A stretch of 63,680 bases of DNA, filler included, from Collodictyon triciliatum (taxonomy: Eukaryota): the NCBI GenBank assembly GCA_043381765.1. It is 9 parts of 9 records of this genome, joined end to end, with 100 filler letters (N's around TTAATTAATTAA, not from the genome) between each part and the next. Parts side by side here need not be neighbours in the genome. Positions count along the whole stretch, not along the records: positions 46,075 to 53,887 come from JBHJMP010003727.1; positions 53,988 to 61,802 come from JBHJMP010003728.1; positions 61,903 to 63,680 come from JBHJMP010003786.1; 6 more parts are not named here. The stretch is one strand, 5' to 3'. Every line of letters starts with the position of its first letter. Positions within the stretch are counted from its first letter, which is position 1. Positions 48,668 to 63,680 of this stretch are shown here, piece by piece. The notes below the pieces were generated by a model. The model was not told the DNA's origin. It ran no database searches and was given only the letters and a program-made list of their open reading frames with translations. The translations under genes and the position numbers were made by a program.

Positions 48668-49965
48668 TCGTGCTTGATGCCTGGATGAAATCACCGCTGC
48701 AGCAAAAGCTTCAAATTCCTCAATGCTATCTTTCTTCCTTCCTTTCTATCTTTCTTGCATCATAAAGAAATAGAACAAGCTTAATTGACAAGCAACTCTT
48801 GAACCCATATCACACAAGTTGATTAAAAAAATGATATAGAAAATAAAAGGTTGTACGTGATTATCCTATTACATACTTTCTTTCTCTGGTATTCATTCTT
48901 TTTTTTTTCTCTCTCTCTATATATATCTCTTTTTTCTTTTTTTCTTTGGTTTAGGCATCCGATAGGTCAAAGCAAAAAATGAAACAAAAGGACAGAAAAT
49001 GTCCTAAACTGGAATTGTGAGCGATGATAGCGGACGATAGCGGTGTCGATCAAATCAGATTTGGCTGAAAAAAAGAGAAGAGACCAATCAAAGAAGAGTC
49101 TCTTGTTTGTGCGGTTTATTATTATTTTTTTTTTCGTCTGTGTGGTATTTGCGTCTGTTTACGCTGTGGGTGAATACAGTGTTTTTCGAGTTTGTGGCAC
49201 TTGTATTTATGTTTTCGTTCGGTTGTTTTATTTATTTATTTATTTATTTATAAATGCTGCAACAAAGCGAGTGATGTATTGGTTGCCGAACTTCGGTCGT
49301 TTGGTGAAACTCTGTCTGTCTGAATCAAAGGTGTACGCAACTCGGTGAAAGAGCGCGTTTAATGGAAACAACCACCACTTTGTTTTGATAAGAAATGGCT
49401 CCCGTTTTTTTTTGGAAGAATATATATAGAGTCCCTCCTTTTATTTATTATATTATCTTTATTTAATGGTTTTATTTTTAGTCATGTTTTATTGTCATTT
49501 TGTATTCATCTATTTGGTATTTATTAATTCTATATACCTGCTCCTTTTAGGTATTTTTTTGTTTCTTCTCATTTCATACTCTGATTAATTTTAATGCATT
49601 TATTTACTCTATTTCGATTCTTTTTATATCATTGAGTCAAGTAACACATTGGCTTAGAAACTAATCGTCTATATTCTTCTTTCCCAACCACTCGCCGTCT
49701 CAACGAACCAGCCCGACAGAGCCATATTGTTGACTTTATTGGCTGCTTCCTTCCCCCACACTTGTGGAGACATACCTTTACAGGCACATAAACACATATT
49801 TTAACATAACCTGAATATCCCATAGGTTGGTGGCTGCGCCTTTTTTCGTCAGCCGACTCACTTCTTGCGACAACGCTTCTTCGTGAGTGGCTTGTCAGGC
49901 TTCTTTCCAGCAACGACTTGTTTTCTCCTCAGGCTTCATTTGATTCTATCGTCCCGCTGTGTGCG

Positions 49966-52453
<2,488 letters not shown>

Positions 52454-53327
52454 AGAGTGAGGAATGTTTTCAAAAAGAGAGAAAATCGAGCAAACTGGCA
52501 TCTTGCAGTGTGGGGAGTTTATCTTTATCTTTCCCTTTTTTTTTTCTTTTTTTTTTCATCTTGGCTCCGATTCAACACAGTAATTAGTCACCAACTTTTT
52601 TTTTGATTATGTTCCTATCTTTCAAAGGAATGGAAACGTTTCTTCAACACAAATTTGGTTTCCTGCTTCTTTTTTCTTGCTTTGTGGTTTTGCACCCACT
52701 TGAAACGAAAAGGTAGAGTTTGAGAGATAAGCAAAGATGCTTCAACTTTGTGGATGGGAATACCCCGACCTTGGATTGTGCGGTGTTGAAAAAAAGAGGA
52801 AAGAAGGAAAGAAAAGATAACCCTTACATCTGGCTGCCTCAGCTGGGAAGTTTTACTCGATACAAAATAAAATAATGCGACACAAACGTTTGCTCTTGCC
52901 TTGGCTGTGGCTCGGCGTGTGGCGATGTATGAAAAGATTTAGCGGCACCCAACCGCAGAGGGAGGCGAACCAGCAGCACCCTTGCCTGGTACGGTATTTC
53001 CCATTCTTGGCTAATACAAGACCACTTGTGGCTCACCACAGGCGTCTGTTGCTCGCGTGGGTTCGGCCTCTGCAAATTCATCGAAATCCACCATATAAAT
53101 TAGGCGCACGTGTAAATATTCCAAAAAAAGCAGTATTCGTTGGACTGTCTGCGTTTCATTTGGCTGCCGCGGTTCGCTACTCGCACACATACCTTCAGAG
53201 AAAGATGACGACTATAGCTTATTCCACCGAAATAGTACGCAAAACTAACCATTTATGTGAAATATTCATTTAATGTCTCCCCCATACTTGGGAATTCCCC
53301 CTTGTACGTTGTCTTCAAGCCAGCAAA

Positions 53328-53730
53328 ATGAAAGCGCAAAGAAAGAAAAGAAACAATTGTCCCATTGGCTTATTATGTACGAAACCAAATGACAGGCACA
53401 AAGATGACGAACACCGTAAACCTCAATATGGAACACTGACCGGCCAAGGCACGTAAGCTTCCAACCATGTCGTATGTGGTTCTGCCTTGGATACAATAAC
53501 CGGTTTCATTTTTTTCGTTCCTTCCTTTTTCTCTCTTGTCTTATCTTTCATCTTTCGCCCATCCGCAGCGCAAGAATCGCCCCATAACTCTACACTCTAA
53601 CCAGTTGTAAATATTTGTATGGCCTGTACAAACAAAACTGCACAAGACGTACAGCGGCGATGATGCTCTGTTTCAGTGTTGTGCCCACAGAAGAACGACT
53701 TTGCCAAAAGCCTCTGACCGATTGCAGTTT
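53328..53730 (+). CDS. Possible small Cys-rich spliced gene, truncated at contig end
   Basis: MKAQRKKRNNCPIGLLCTKPNDRHKDDEHRKPQYGTLTGQGT|CKYLYGLYKQNCTRRTAAMMLCFSVVPTEERLCQKPLTDCS|. It uses a GTAAGC donor and a CTAACCAG acceptor in compatible phase. Confidence 0.3.
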
Positions 53731-53887
53731 GTGAGGATGTGAGGGAACTTTCCCATGCATCTTTTTAGAACCTTTTACATCGCAATTCTATGCATACATA
53801 CATACATACATACATACATACATACATACATACATACATACATACATACATACATACATACATACATACATACATACATACATACAT

Positions 53888-53987
53888 NNNNNNNNNNNNN
53901 NNNNNNNNNNNNNNNNNNNNNNNNNNNNNNNTTAATTAATTAANNNNNNNNNNNNNNNNNNNNNNNNNNNNNNNNNNNNNNNNNNNN
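53888..53987. other. Artificial contig-joining spacer
   Basis: 44N-TTAATTAATTAA-44N. Confidence 0.98.
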
Positions 53988-54248
53988 TTTCTTTTTCTTT
54001 TTCTTTTTCTTTTTCTTTTTCTTTTTCTTTTTCTTTTTCTTTTTCTTTTTCTTTTTCTTTTTCTTTTTCTTTTTCTTTTTCTTTTTTCTTTATCTTTTTC
54101 TTTTTTCTTTTTTCTTTATCTTTTTCTTTTGTCTTGTCTTTTGTCTTTTCTTTTTTCTTTCATCTTTTCATCTTTTCATCTTTTCATCTTTTCATCTTTT
54201 CATCTTTTCATCTTTTCATCTTTTCATCTTTTCATCTTTTCATCTTTT
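53988..54248. repeat. (TTTTTC)n grading into (TCTTTTCA)n repeats
   Basis: Direct reading. Confidence 0.93.
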
Positions 54249-54397
54249 GGGGTTGAGCTACGCATTCATCTGTAATCATATTGGATGGACACCCTACACA
54301 AACGCTCATTTCTCTCTCCCAGCCAACCTGCGCTGTAAATTAAAATTAACACTCTTTCGATGGTGCTCCTTGTTTAATTAATTTTGTTTTGCTCTAG

Positions 54398-57300
54398 ACT
54401 GCCCGCGATGTGATGGACTATTCTCGTCGAGGTGACTATGACGTCATGGTCTTTGAGGCACGCGGTCGGTTGGGCGGAAGGATATTCACCGACCGAACAT
54501 TTGGTATCTTATGATATATAATGTTGAATCAACCATATGGCTGCACTCTAGATTCATTTTCCTCTGATTGATGTGCGAACATGAATGAAACATGCACGGC
54601 TTTAGGAATGATTCTATTTTTCTTATATATCTCGCGTGAAGACATCTATCACTAAAATATCGCAATATTTAAGCGTGAGCCGCTCCGTGTATCATGATCT
54701 ATTTCATAACTAGGTATTGGTGCTGATGCTGACTTTGGGGCATCCTGGATTCATGGCGCGGTCGGTCGCAACCCCGTGTATGATTTGGCTGTGAATCAAG
54801 GAGGCCTTCGCACTCAGCTGACAAACTTTAACAGCCAGGTTTGAAAATAGGATGGAATCACCTTGTCATAAAATATGGTGTGTCCGCACAGACTTACATT
54901 TTTCTCCATTCGATGTAGAGTACTTGGTCAGACCCATCAGGGACTGGAAACGGGCCATCCACTCGCCTTCCATCCACCTGGATGGATGTATCTTGGGCTA
55001 AATACGATACCTTGATGACAAAGTGAGCGAAGTGAAACAAAAAAAAAATCTTACCCTTCATTTTTACAGTACGCTCTTTGGCTTCTGATTTTGTTTCAAA
55101 TTAGCCTTTACATGAAGATTTAGATAATGCTGACGTAGAAAATATCCGCAGGCACCGTAATACCCGGGATTCTCTCCCAACAGAAATCAGCCTAGGGCAG
55201 CATCTTGTTAACATCGATAGAGCTGTAGATGAATAATTCTTATATAAATAATAAAGTAGTAACAAAATACTGTTGCTTGCGCCGTTTAATTATTTTTTCC
55301 ATCGTCAATAATTATAACAACTCAGGCATATTATGACCAAGATGTCTTGTTCCACATGAGCACGACGACAGAGTTTAATTCTGGAAGCAGTGTCTTTGAC
55401 CTATCTGCTTGGGGATGGGAAGATGATAGATGGTATGGTCCTGCTGATCATCTGGTCAATGATGGGTTGGTATTCTTGTCACAACACCTTTAATAATTCA
55501 TGTGAAAAGAAAAAAATACAAATATAGCACATAGAAATGCGAAATGCCCCATTTTTGTTTGTTGATATACTACTCACAAGCTTTTGCTAGATTCTCCAAC
55601 ATAGTCGGACTTCTTGTGAATGGAACTGGGAGGCTGCAGGACCCAATTCGTAAACTATAATTTTTGGGTTCCTTTTTTTTTTCGTGTCATAATTTAAAGA
55701 AATAAATCATGCAAAATAGAAATATCCTTTGATAAAAAGAAGTCTCCGGACTAAAAAAAAAAAAACGCTTATTTATTTTTTTATGTTTTTGCTTTGTATA
55801 TATATATATCTGTTCCTGTGCATATCGGGGAGGGCTTTCCTTATCCTATAGTATTTGAGGAAGGAGAAACTCTCACCCTGACGACTTATTTTTTCAAGAA
55901 ATTTTGTGTACCCTGACGACTTATTTTATTTCATTAGCTTACCGTCTTGATCACATATTGGTTAGAGTTTCAACCAATGTAAAAGGGGAAGGGGCAGAAA
56001 ATTGTCCTTACTATCTGGAGTTCCGAAATGGCTACAACCATTGTGCAGATGTTGTGAGTTTCCCTCAAACCAAAACCAATCTTATCTATGATTGTGTTTA
56101 CATTTTTTTGCCCGGCGGTTGTGATTCTCCGGAACATACATTTATATGAGTATTTGGTTATGCTAACTGCATCATCCATATTTTTAATTTTCATTATAAA
56201 CAAAATCGAAATGACACAAACTCAGGTCGTCATGGCCGTCCCTCTGGGTGTTATTCGGTCTGGTGACATAACATTCTCTCCCCCGCTCCCATCTTGGAAA
56301 ACGGATGCATTTTCGAGAATAGGTTTGCTTGAGCCAGTTGACGCTCCAAATTACCTCCTAATTGACCATGAAATAAATATAAAAAAAATAAAATAAAGAG
56401 GAAACGTAAATAAATAACCAATGCATTTTAGAAATAGTAATGACCATCACCTGCATCATATGTGTGACAACTCAACTAGTTCATTTTTACGCACGCTTGT
56501 GCGACGAAGTTGTAAAAAATATATATATATTTTCTTTGCTGACCATTTCATGTTCCAAATGCATCTTTATAGGTCTTGGGTTTGTCAATAAAATTGCCTT
56601 GAAATTCCCCACTAAGTTTTGGGATGACACTCAATTTCTTGGCATTGTAAGCCCCTCCGAGATTCAGGGCCCCTTTAATTTCTGGATTAATCCGTATTCA
56701 TTGACCAGGTTCTATCTAATTTCTTTACTTCATAATTATTGGGTGATAAATGTATCAAATACGATTAAAAAAATCAAATTGAATAAAGCTTTCCAATGTT
56801 CCTATTTTGGGCTTTTATATTTGCTGTATTATCTCTTTATTGAAAAATGTGTAAAGTAATCAACCAACAACGTATTCCTACATTATAAAGACCAAACTCA
56901 TGATATGTTATTGACCAATAATAGGACCAATATTTTAATTGGTGTGGCCATCGGTGAAGCTGGCGAAGTAATAGAATCCATGTCTGACTCTGAAATACTC
57001 AACGAAGCGATGAAGAGGATTCGCCTTATGTATCGCTCAGCACCTGAACCGATTGACTTCCGCATCACGCGATGGGGTGGGTCGTTCGGTGTCCCTTGTA
57101 ATTCACACAAACTCTAACCATCTGAAAAAAAAAATTAAGAAAAACTCAACGAATAATAGGTAGCGATCCTTTCACGCGAGGCTCTTACTCTTTTGCCAAA
57201 GTTGGGATGAAATACGAAGGCGTGGGCCATGACCGCAGTGCTGATTGGGCTTATGCCGAAGCACCAGTTGGAAATATGTTCTTTGCTGGGGAGTACACCA

Positions 57301-57620
57301 CAGGGGACTATCGGTCAGTTCAATTTATTTTTATCATATTAATGATTCTAATGGTTACTAATGGGGCGTAACTTTATTTTGGTAACTGTGTAAAAGAATC
57401 TATCGCCGTAAAAAATGGTGGTGCATAAGATTTATTTTACAACTTGAATGCGTCTGAGTCTCATATGTCATGCCACTGAGGCCGATGCAGTCATATATTT
57501 CCCATACAGACTATTCACCTGCTATCATCGTATTTATCCGATAGAGGAACAGTGCATGGGGCGATGACATCGGGGGAGTATGAAGCAGACCGAATCCTCT
57601 CTCTCTTCAGCTCCCAATAA
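54398..57620 (+). CDS. Flavin-containing amine oxidase (polyamine oxidase/LSD1 superfamily); 5'-truncated
   Basis: VMVFEARGRLGGRI, DFGASWIHG, VVMAVPLGVI..ITFSPPLP, GLGFVNKIALKFPTKFWD, TRWGSDPFTRGSYS, FFAGEYT..RGTVHGAMTSGEYEADRI; TAA at 57618-57620. Confidence 0.95.
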
Positions 57621-58687
57621 ACGAGCTAGCCAACAGCAAACCTTGAAACAGAAGACAACCGGGAAAACGAGTCCAATCTTTATCCTAATGTGGAATATAA
57701 TATTATTTAGTATAATTATCTCTTGATAATATCATTTGTCACTAGTTACTTATTTTTAATTAAATATTGATAAAATATAATATATTATATAAAGATGTGT
57801 GTTGGGCTGTTATGAATGCGGTATTTTCGTTGCGGCGCAGCCTTGAGCAAAGAACCAGCCACAACGTTCCCAAGCCAAAAAAGGATATTCCCAAATCTTT
57901 GGACATATATAGAAAACCAAATGCGGATGGGAACAGCGCGGGTTTGATTGGCCAATCAGACGTTATACTGGTGGATTGAACGCGAGAAACTTTGGGGATT
58001 CTGCCAAGGAAATCGAGTTAGAGAGAAATAATTGCGAAATTCAATAGCGAGAAAGAGAGTAGTTCTTTGGGAATGACTATGTGGTTTGCCATGCGGATGG
58101 TATTAATACAAGAACTGTGCTTTCCTCCACACCATTTCCTTGGAACATTCGGTTATTCCTTCCAGCGCAGTGAGAAAGACGAGTGCCGTGTCAAGGGAAT
58201 TTTGCTTTGTGTACGTGCCGGAGCATCTTGGTTGCAGCTCTCGAGAAAATAGAACAAGGGATGTCGTTCATGACTCGCATCGCATTTGTGCCTTTTTTTT
58301 CTTTTGCGCTTGACAACCAAAACACTGGGCTAGTCGTTCAGCAAATACATTTAGTTGCTTAAGCTTCCTTCTCCAATTTTTTGTGAGGACCAAGTTGCTG
58401 AAAAGTTTCTACCAGTCTCTGTATGACTTTGGTCTGTTGTAATACCAGACTGCGTTCTCTTGAGTGTTGGTAAAGCTGATGAGATATCACATAGCTGTGT
58501 TAAGGGACTTGGACACAATTTTTTTTAACTTGAGGTGTTTTTGTTATTTTTCTGCCAGTTGGCTCATTGTTTTCGCTTTGGATTCTGCCTCCCTAGTTCA
58601 AGGCAAGCAATTTTTCTTACATTAGAAACTGCCACTGTAACCAATCTAGGGACTAAACAAACAAAAGAAAAAAAAGACATCTGCTAC

Positions 58688-61669
58688 ATGGGATCGTCCA
58701 GCAGCGTCTTTCGCAAGCAGCTCCCACCAGCAAAAACTCAGATAGATTCTATTGTTTCCTATGTGGACACAGCAAGAACTTCGCTGAAGGTTATTACTTC
58801 CTTCAATTTATTCTCTCTAACCTCAATCACTTTTTTTTGGGAAAGAAATATGAATGAAGCTCCTTGGACTTTTACTGGACTCTTTTTCACTAGAACATAA
58901 AACCATCACGATAGCCATTAACATCCAAAGACTAAAAACCTCTCTGATTATGTAGATGGATTTAACTGCAAAATCCCTCTACACTGTCCCAGGACAAGTC
59001 TACCGAGCCACTTGCATCCAAACGCTAATATTAAATGACAACTCAATTCAACAGCTGGACCCTCTCATTACAAAACTAAAGAAGCTCCAAGACATACAGG
59101 TCTGAAGATGTTCTTTCGATCGATACGAATCTACCTTTTCTTCTACTTTTCTCGTCAAAATTTGATCCGTTTATCCACTTTTCGCTTTGTTTTTCTCCTT
59201 GTGGTAACTTTATAAACTCACTGATTCGGAGAATATTTGTTTTTACTTGCTCGGTAAACCGCACACTTCTTTCATATTCGATCAAAAGGAAATTATGACA
59301 CTCTAAAAAGATTGACCAAGTTACTCCTGAGTCCTTTTTAGGACTTTCTCAACTACCCCTTCACTCACCATCGACAACTCACCAACATCTTCTTTTGCGC
59401 GGCAAATGCAGATCCGCAACAACAAGCTGGAGTCACTACCTAGCGAAATCGGGATTCTCTCTCAACTATCGTCATTAAGCCTCACTACAAACAGAATATC
59501 GAAGCTTCCTTCAGAAATTGGGGGGTTGTCATTGCTAGAGGAGCTTGTTCTATGGGGAAACCGCATTTCTGCTCTTCCAGTTCAGATCAGTTCGCTGAGC
59601 AAGATCAACATACTGGATCTGTCAAATAACAGACTCTCCTACCTGACGCCCTCCATCGGGTTCCTAGAGAGCATCTATGTATGCCACTGATTGAACATTC
59701 AGAAGCATCATCCAAATCATACAATGCCACACTATTGTACCGATGCTTCTTATCGTAACTTTTTTTGTGTTTTTTTCTAAATAAGATGGTTAATTGTTTA
59801 TTTTTATTCATAGGAACTAAAAATTGGACACAATTTACTCCAAAGTCTTCCACCGGAGATTGGTAAACTCACGGCGATGGTATTTCTAGACTTGTCTTCA
59901 AACAAGCTCAGTACCATACCTGAGGAGCTATGGGAGTGTAAATCGCTAGGACGCCTTGTGCTTAAGAGAAACACAATATCATACATACCCATTCCATCGA
60001 AAAACATGCTTCACATGATTGAGCTTAACCTGGAAAAGAACCAACTGACCTACATCGACGATCTGTCATTCCTTCCAAAGTTGAAAAAGTTAAACTTAAC
60101 CAGAAATAAGGTAAGCAATACGTGTCTATTTCATTTGTATACTCATCGGCCGATTGCTTTATGAATACTCAAGAATTAAGCATTTAAAATTGTCTAAACT
60201 ATGAAATTCACAGATATCAACAATCCCAGACTCGCTCTCGCAACTATCTAATTTGAACATGCTTCTTATTGAGTTCAACCCGATATCACATATTCCTTCG
60301 TTTGTTTTCAAAATCTCTACATTGGGAACCTTGCATCTTTCTGGTCACGTCGTCAAGCGCATCCCCGAAGAGTTCACCAGCGCAAAATCACTATCAATAG
60401 TCCATTTGCGTTCTGGCTCTCTAGGTAGACCAAAATTTTCCTTGCCCTCATACGATACATGTCCACGTTTATAATTAGTACTAAAAATAAACCTTAGTCT
60501 AGCCATGATTAAAATAACTAAAATCGAATTGAAATAATTTCATAGAACACTTTCCAAAATATTTGTGTGACAGACAAGAAAAGCTTCACAAACTGGACTT
60601 ATCAGACAACGAAATCAAGCACTTTCCTGAGGACTGTAGTGGACTTTGTTTTCTCCATGTAAAGAAATATTAACATTCACTCATGCGATATCACTGCTTT
60701 ACAATTTCAATAGCCACTTATATTTAAGAAAGCCTAAAGTTAAAAATCCCGTCTAGGAGCTCAAGTTGAACGAAAACCAAATTGTCGATATATCTGACGG
60801 CATATCTGAATTAACTTCGCTTCAAGTGCTAAATTTACACTCAAACACGATATCGACTTTGCCCTGGTGTATCGGAAAGTAAATTTTTATTTTTTATTTA
60901 AAACTTTAGGTCATTTTTCTTTTCAATTCACCAATCTAATCAAAGCAATATCATCCCAAAATTCAAAATGTAGCCTAAGTCGCATGCGCAGACTCTACCT
61001 ATCTTACAATCGGCTATCAAGCATACCCGAGTCTATCACTAACTTGTCATCTCTTCAAGAGCTGCATTTATGTAATACATTTTTCTAGAATTATCTCGAC
61101 TATATACACTCAACTGATACAATCACAAACTAACGCACCCTATTTTCAGCTTCCAACCCGATTCGCACTCTACCTGAAGAATTCAGTCGTTTGAGCAACC
61201 TTAGTTCTTTATGGATGGTATATTCTTATTTTTCTCTTCCGCTTAATATGTGTCCAGAGTTTAAAATACTGGAAGTATACTAACGCTTTCTTGGATAATT
61301 ATAGGCGTCTATTTGTCCTAAAAATGTCAATGAAATCATTTCAATTATTTCAAAGATGCAGTGGCTTACTTGTGAGTCATCTAAAAGTTTTCTTATAAAC
61401 TGAAATGTGCATGTATTAATGACTAAATGGACTTACAAAACAGTTCTTGATCTATCTCGAAATGAGATTGATTCCATACCCGATTTCATATGGGCCAAAC
61501 CGAACCAGTTACTCCATGTGGTACGATTGTAAACCCTAAATATATGAAATTCACCTCAGCAATATCAAAATCATATGAAGCTTAATTTTTTTCCATCTAA
61601 ATTGCAGAATCTTTCGTCGAATAACATTTCACAAATGCCGACACTGCCGTTTGTAAACCACAAAATGAA
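58688..61669 (+). CDS. Long leucine-rich-repeat protein with MGSSSS N-terminus; 3'-truncated
   Basis: Many LxxLxLxxNxL/IxxLP repeats across more than ten exons (IRNNKLESLPSEIG, LDLSNNRL, LDLSSNKLSTIPEEL, LYLSYNRLSSIPESI, LDLSRNEIDSIP). Confidence 0.9.
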
Positions 61670-61802
61670 GTGAGATAACTTTATCTTTAATCTCTTTTGT
61701 AACCATTCTTGTTTTTTTTTTTTTTTTTTTTTTTTATTATAAAATTTTAATTTTTTTTCATTTTTTATTTTTTTTTTTTTTTTATTTTTATTATTTTTAT
61801 TT

Positions 61803-61902
61803 NNNNNNNNNNNNNNNNNNNNNNNNNNNNNNNNNNNNNNNNNNNNTTAATTAATTAANNNNNNNNNNNNNNNNNNNNNNNNNNNNNNNNNNNNNNNNNN
61901 NN
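61803..61902. other. Artificial contig-joining spacer
   Basis: 44N-TTAATTAATTAA-44N. Confidence 0.98.
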
Positions 61903-61997
61903 GAGTGAGTGAGTGAGTGAGTGAGTGAGTGAGTGAGTGAGTGAGTGAGTGAGTGAGTGAGTGAGTGAGTGAGTGAGTGAGTGAGTGAGTGAGTGAG
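61903..61997. repeat. (GAGT)n microsatellite at contig start
   Basis: Direct reading. Confidence 0.96.
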
Positions 61998-62644
61998 AAT
62001 GAGAAAAGGGAAAAGATTAGAGAGGGATCTGCGGGATCGGTTGCTTGCCGTTGCTCTTGATTCGTGCTGCTGTGTTTATGGGCCACAAGAACCTTTGATT
62101 TGTTTACTTTGGCCATGTGGGAATGATAGGCGAAACGGGATTGGGAATAAAGAGGAGGGAACCATGACAGAAGGCTAAGCGATGCAGTGATAGTCTGATA
62201 CAGGTGGATGAAAGAAGAAACAAGGGTGATCGCCCACACAACCCAACCGGACATGAAGGAGCGCGGGCGGATCGAATAGTTGCCTCGAACGGGAGATTCC
62301 TTTCATACCTTGCAAAAGCACAATCGCAGAGGAAATGAAAAAAAAAAAAAGAAAAGGGAAAGGGTGATAATAAAGGAATCCAAAGAACAACGAGGGGCAA
62401 AAAGGAAAAGACAACCGCCAAAGACCGTGACATTTAGAGGGGAAAGGTACCGTACTGTCCGTTGGTGCAAAAATGGCACTATTTGTTCTGTCGACATTAG
62501 TGGCTTGCCTTTCCTGGATTCCGTGGACCCACAATACGGCCATCGTCTCTTCCTTCCTTGGGCGCTTCCCTCTTCTGTTTAAATACATAGAACTGTTCCT
62601 AAATCGGTCAATCTGTATCCTTATTTGGAATTTGTGGGTCGGGG

Positions 62645-63319
62645 TCACTTGGCTGCGGTGTCGGTGTCTGTGGTTGTTGTCCGGGTGTTGGCTGGTGAGT
62701 GTGCGCTTGACAGATATTGCAAAGATGCCATGAAGAGGCAATTAAAAGCAAAGACGGCACGAGTTGCAGATGAAGAGCAGTCTGCATTACTCACAGAGAT
62801 GCTTTGGCTGGGGGCTCGGGTGGGCGTGTTTGCAGACGGGCTAATGTCTGGCAGAGGCGCGAATTTGGCTGTGTGCAAGAAAGAAATATTGGATTAGTGC
62901 TTTTCGTATAGAAGTTTTTGGGTTTGGTTCCTCTATCTATAGGGCTGCTTTTTTTTCTTCTCATAGGATTGCTTCAGGATAGAAAAAAGCATGTGTCAGG
63001 TGAATGTGGGGAAGAAGAGGGAGATTTAGACTGATTACACAGAGAATTTGGTATTGCTTCAACAGCTCGAGGAAGCCAATCCGTGGGAATCGAGATTGGA
63101 GTTGGATGGGGATGTTTCTTGACAACACTGCGAGCTATGATGAGAGTAAGGTATAAAAAAAAATATTACACGCATCTTCCAATTTAACTTCAAGTCTCTT
63201 GTGCTTATCTCTATAGTCTCTCCTAATTCGAATTCATCGTCGTGCCGAAATATTTTCAAGCATAGATTTTTCTTACCAGACTCACTCTCGCAATTTGTTA
63301 TGATGTCAGGGGGCCATAT
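62645..63319 (-). CDS. Possible spliced gene of unknown function
   Basis: Phase-compatible candidate exons DMAPDIITNCE|RETIEISTRDLKLNWKM|PRSVVKKHPHPTPISIPTDWLPRAVEAIPNS plus downstream Pro/Ser/Thr-rich frames. No family recognised and the boundaries are uncertain. Confidence 0.25.
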
Positions 63320-63680
63320 CTACCAGGAAGTAATGATTAGTTCATGACCTATCATACATAAAAATTGGTCAGCACTCATTTTCATATGTTCATTTTCATA
63401 GTTTCATTTTCATAGTTTCATTTTCATATTTTCATTTTCATATTTTCATTTTCATATTTTCATTTTCATGTTTGTTTTCGTTTTCGTTTCCGTTTCGTTG
63501 TTTGTTTTCGTTTTCGTTTCGTTGTTTTCGCATCAAATAACATTATCTTTTAAAAAAATAGAATCATCGAGGGAACAAGCAAAACGACCGCCAAAACCTT
63601 CTTTTCTTTTAAAAGCCACGGTACTAGTTTGTCAGTCGTTTTGGTCGCAAGCTTGGGAAGAACTTGGTGTTCATCCTGTG

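Overview
This is eukaryotic, AT-rich, intron-dense genomic DNA. An axonemal dynein suggests a flagellated protist; the taxon cannot be fixed from the sequence. The window is not one locus: it is nine unrelated contigs (complete ones ~6-8 kb) joined by artificial 100-nt spacers (44N-TTAATTAATTAA-44N), so adjacency is meaningful only within a contig. Manual exon stitching supports these genes: CIP2A-like, alpha-SNAP (5' exon), MYST acetyltransferase (Tip60/Esa1/MOF family), YEATS4/Yaf9-like with a long AT-hook tail, dCache-HAMP-class III nucleotide cyclase, PH-ankyrin-RhoGAP-SH3 protein, AGC kinase, DNAH6-like dynein heavy chain, TMEM181 (plus a second diverged 5' copy), LRRC58/28-like LRR protein, REEP/DP1/Yop1, a second RhoGAP, TMEM39, a flavin amine oxidase and an N-myristoylated LRR protein. 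The most unusual signals are an apparent excess of GC-AG introns, A-tract/AAG acceptors, a receptor cyclase with an amino-acid-sensing Cache motif and a K->D specificity change, a non-animal CIP2A, two NuA4-type subunit genes tail-to-tail, and a GC-rich island crossing three genes. I found no tRNA, rRNA, CRISPR array or intact mobile element. Family calls come from recalled motifs, not database searches.
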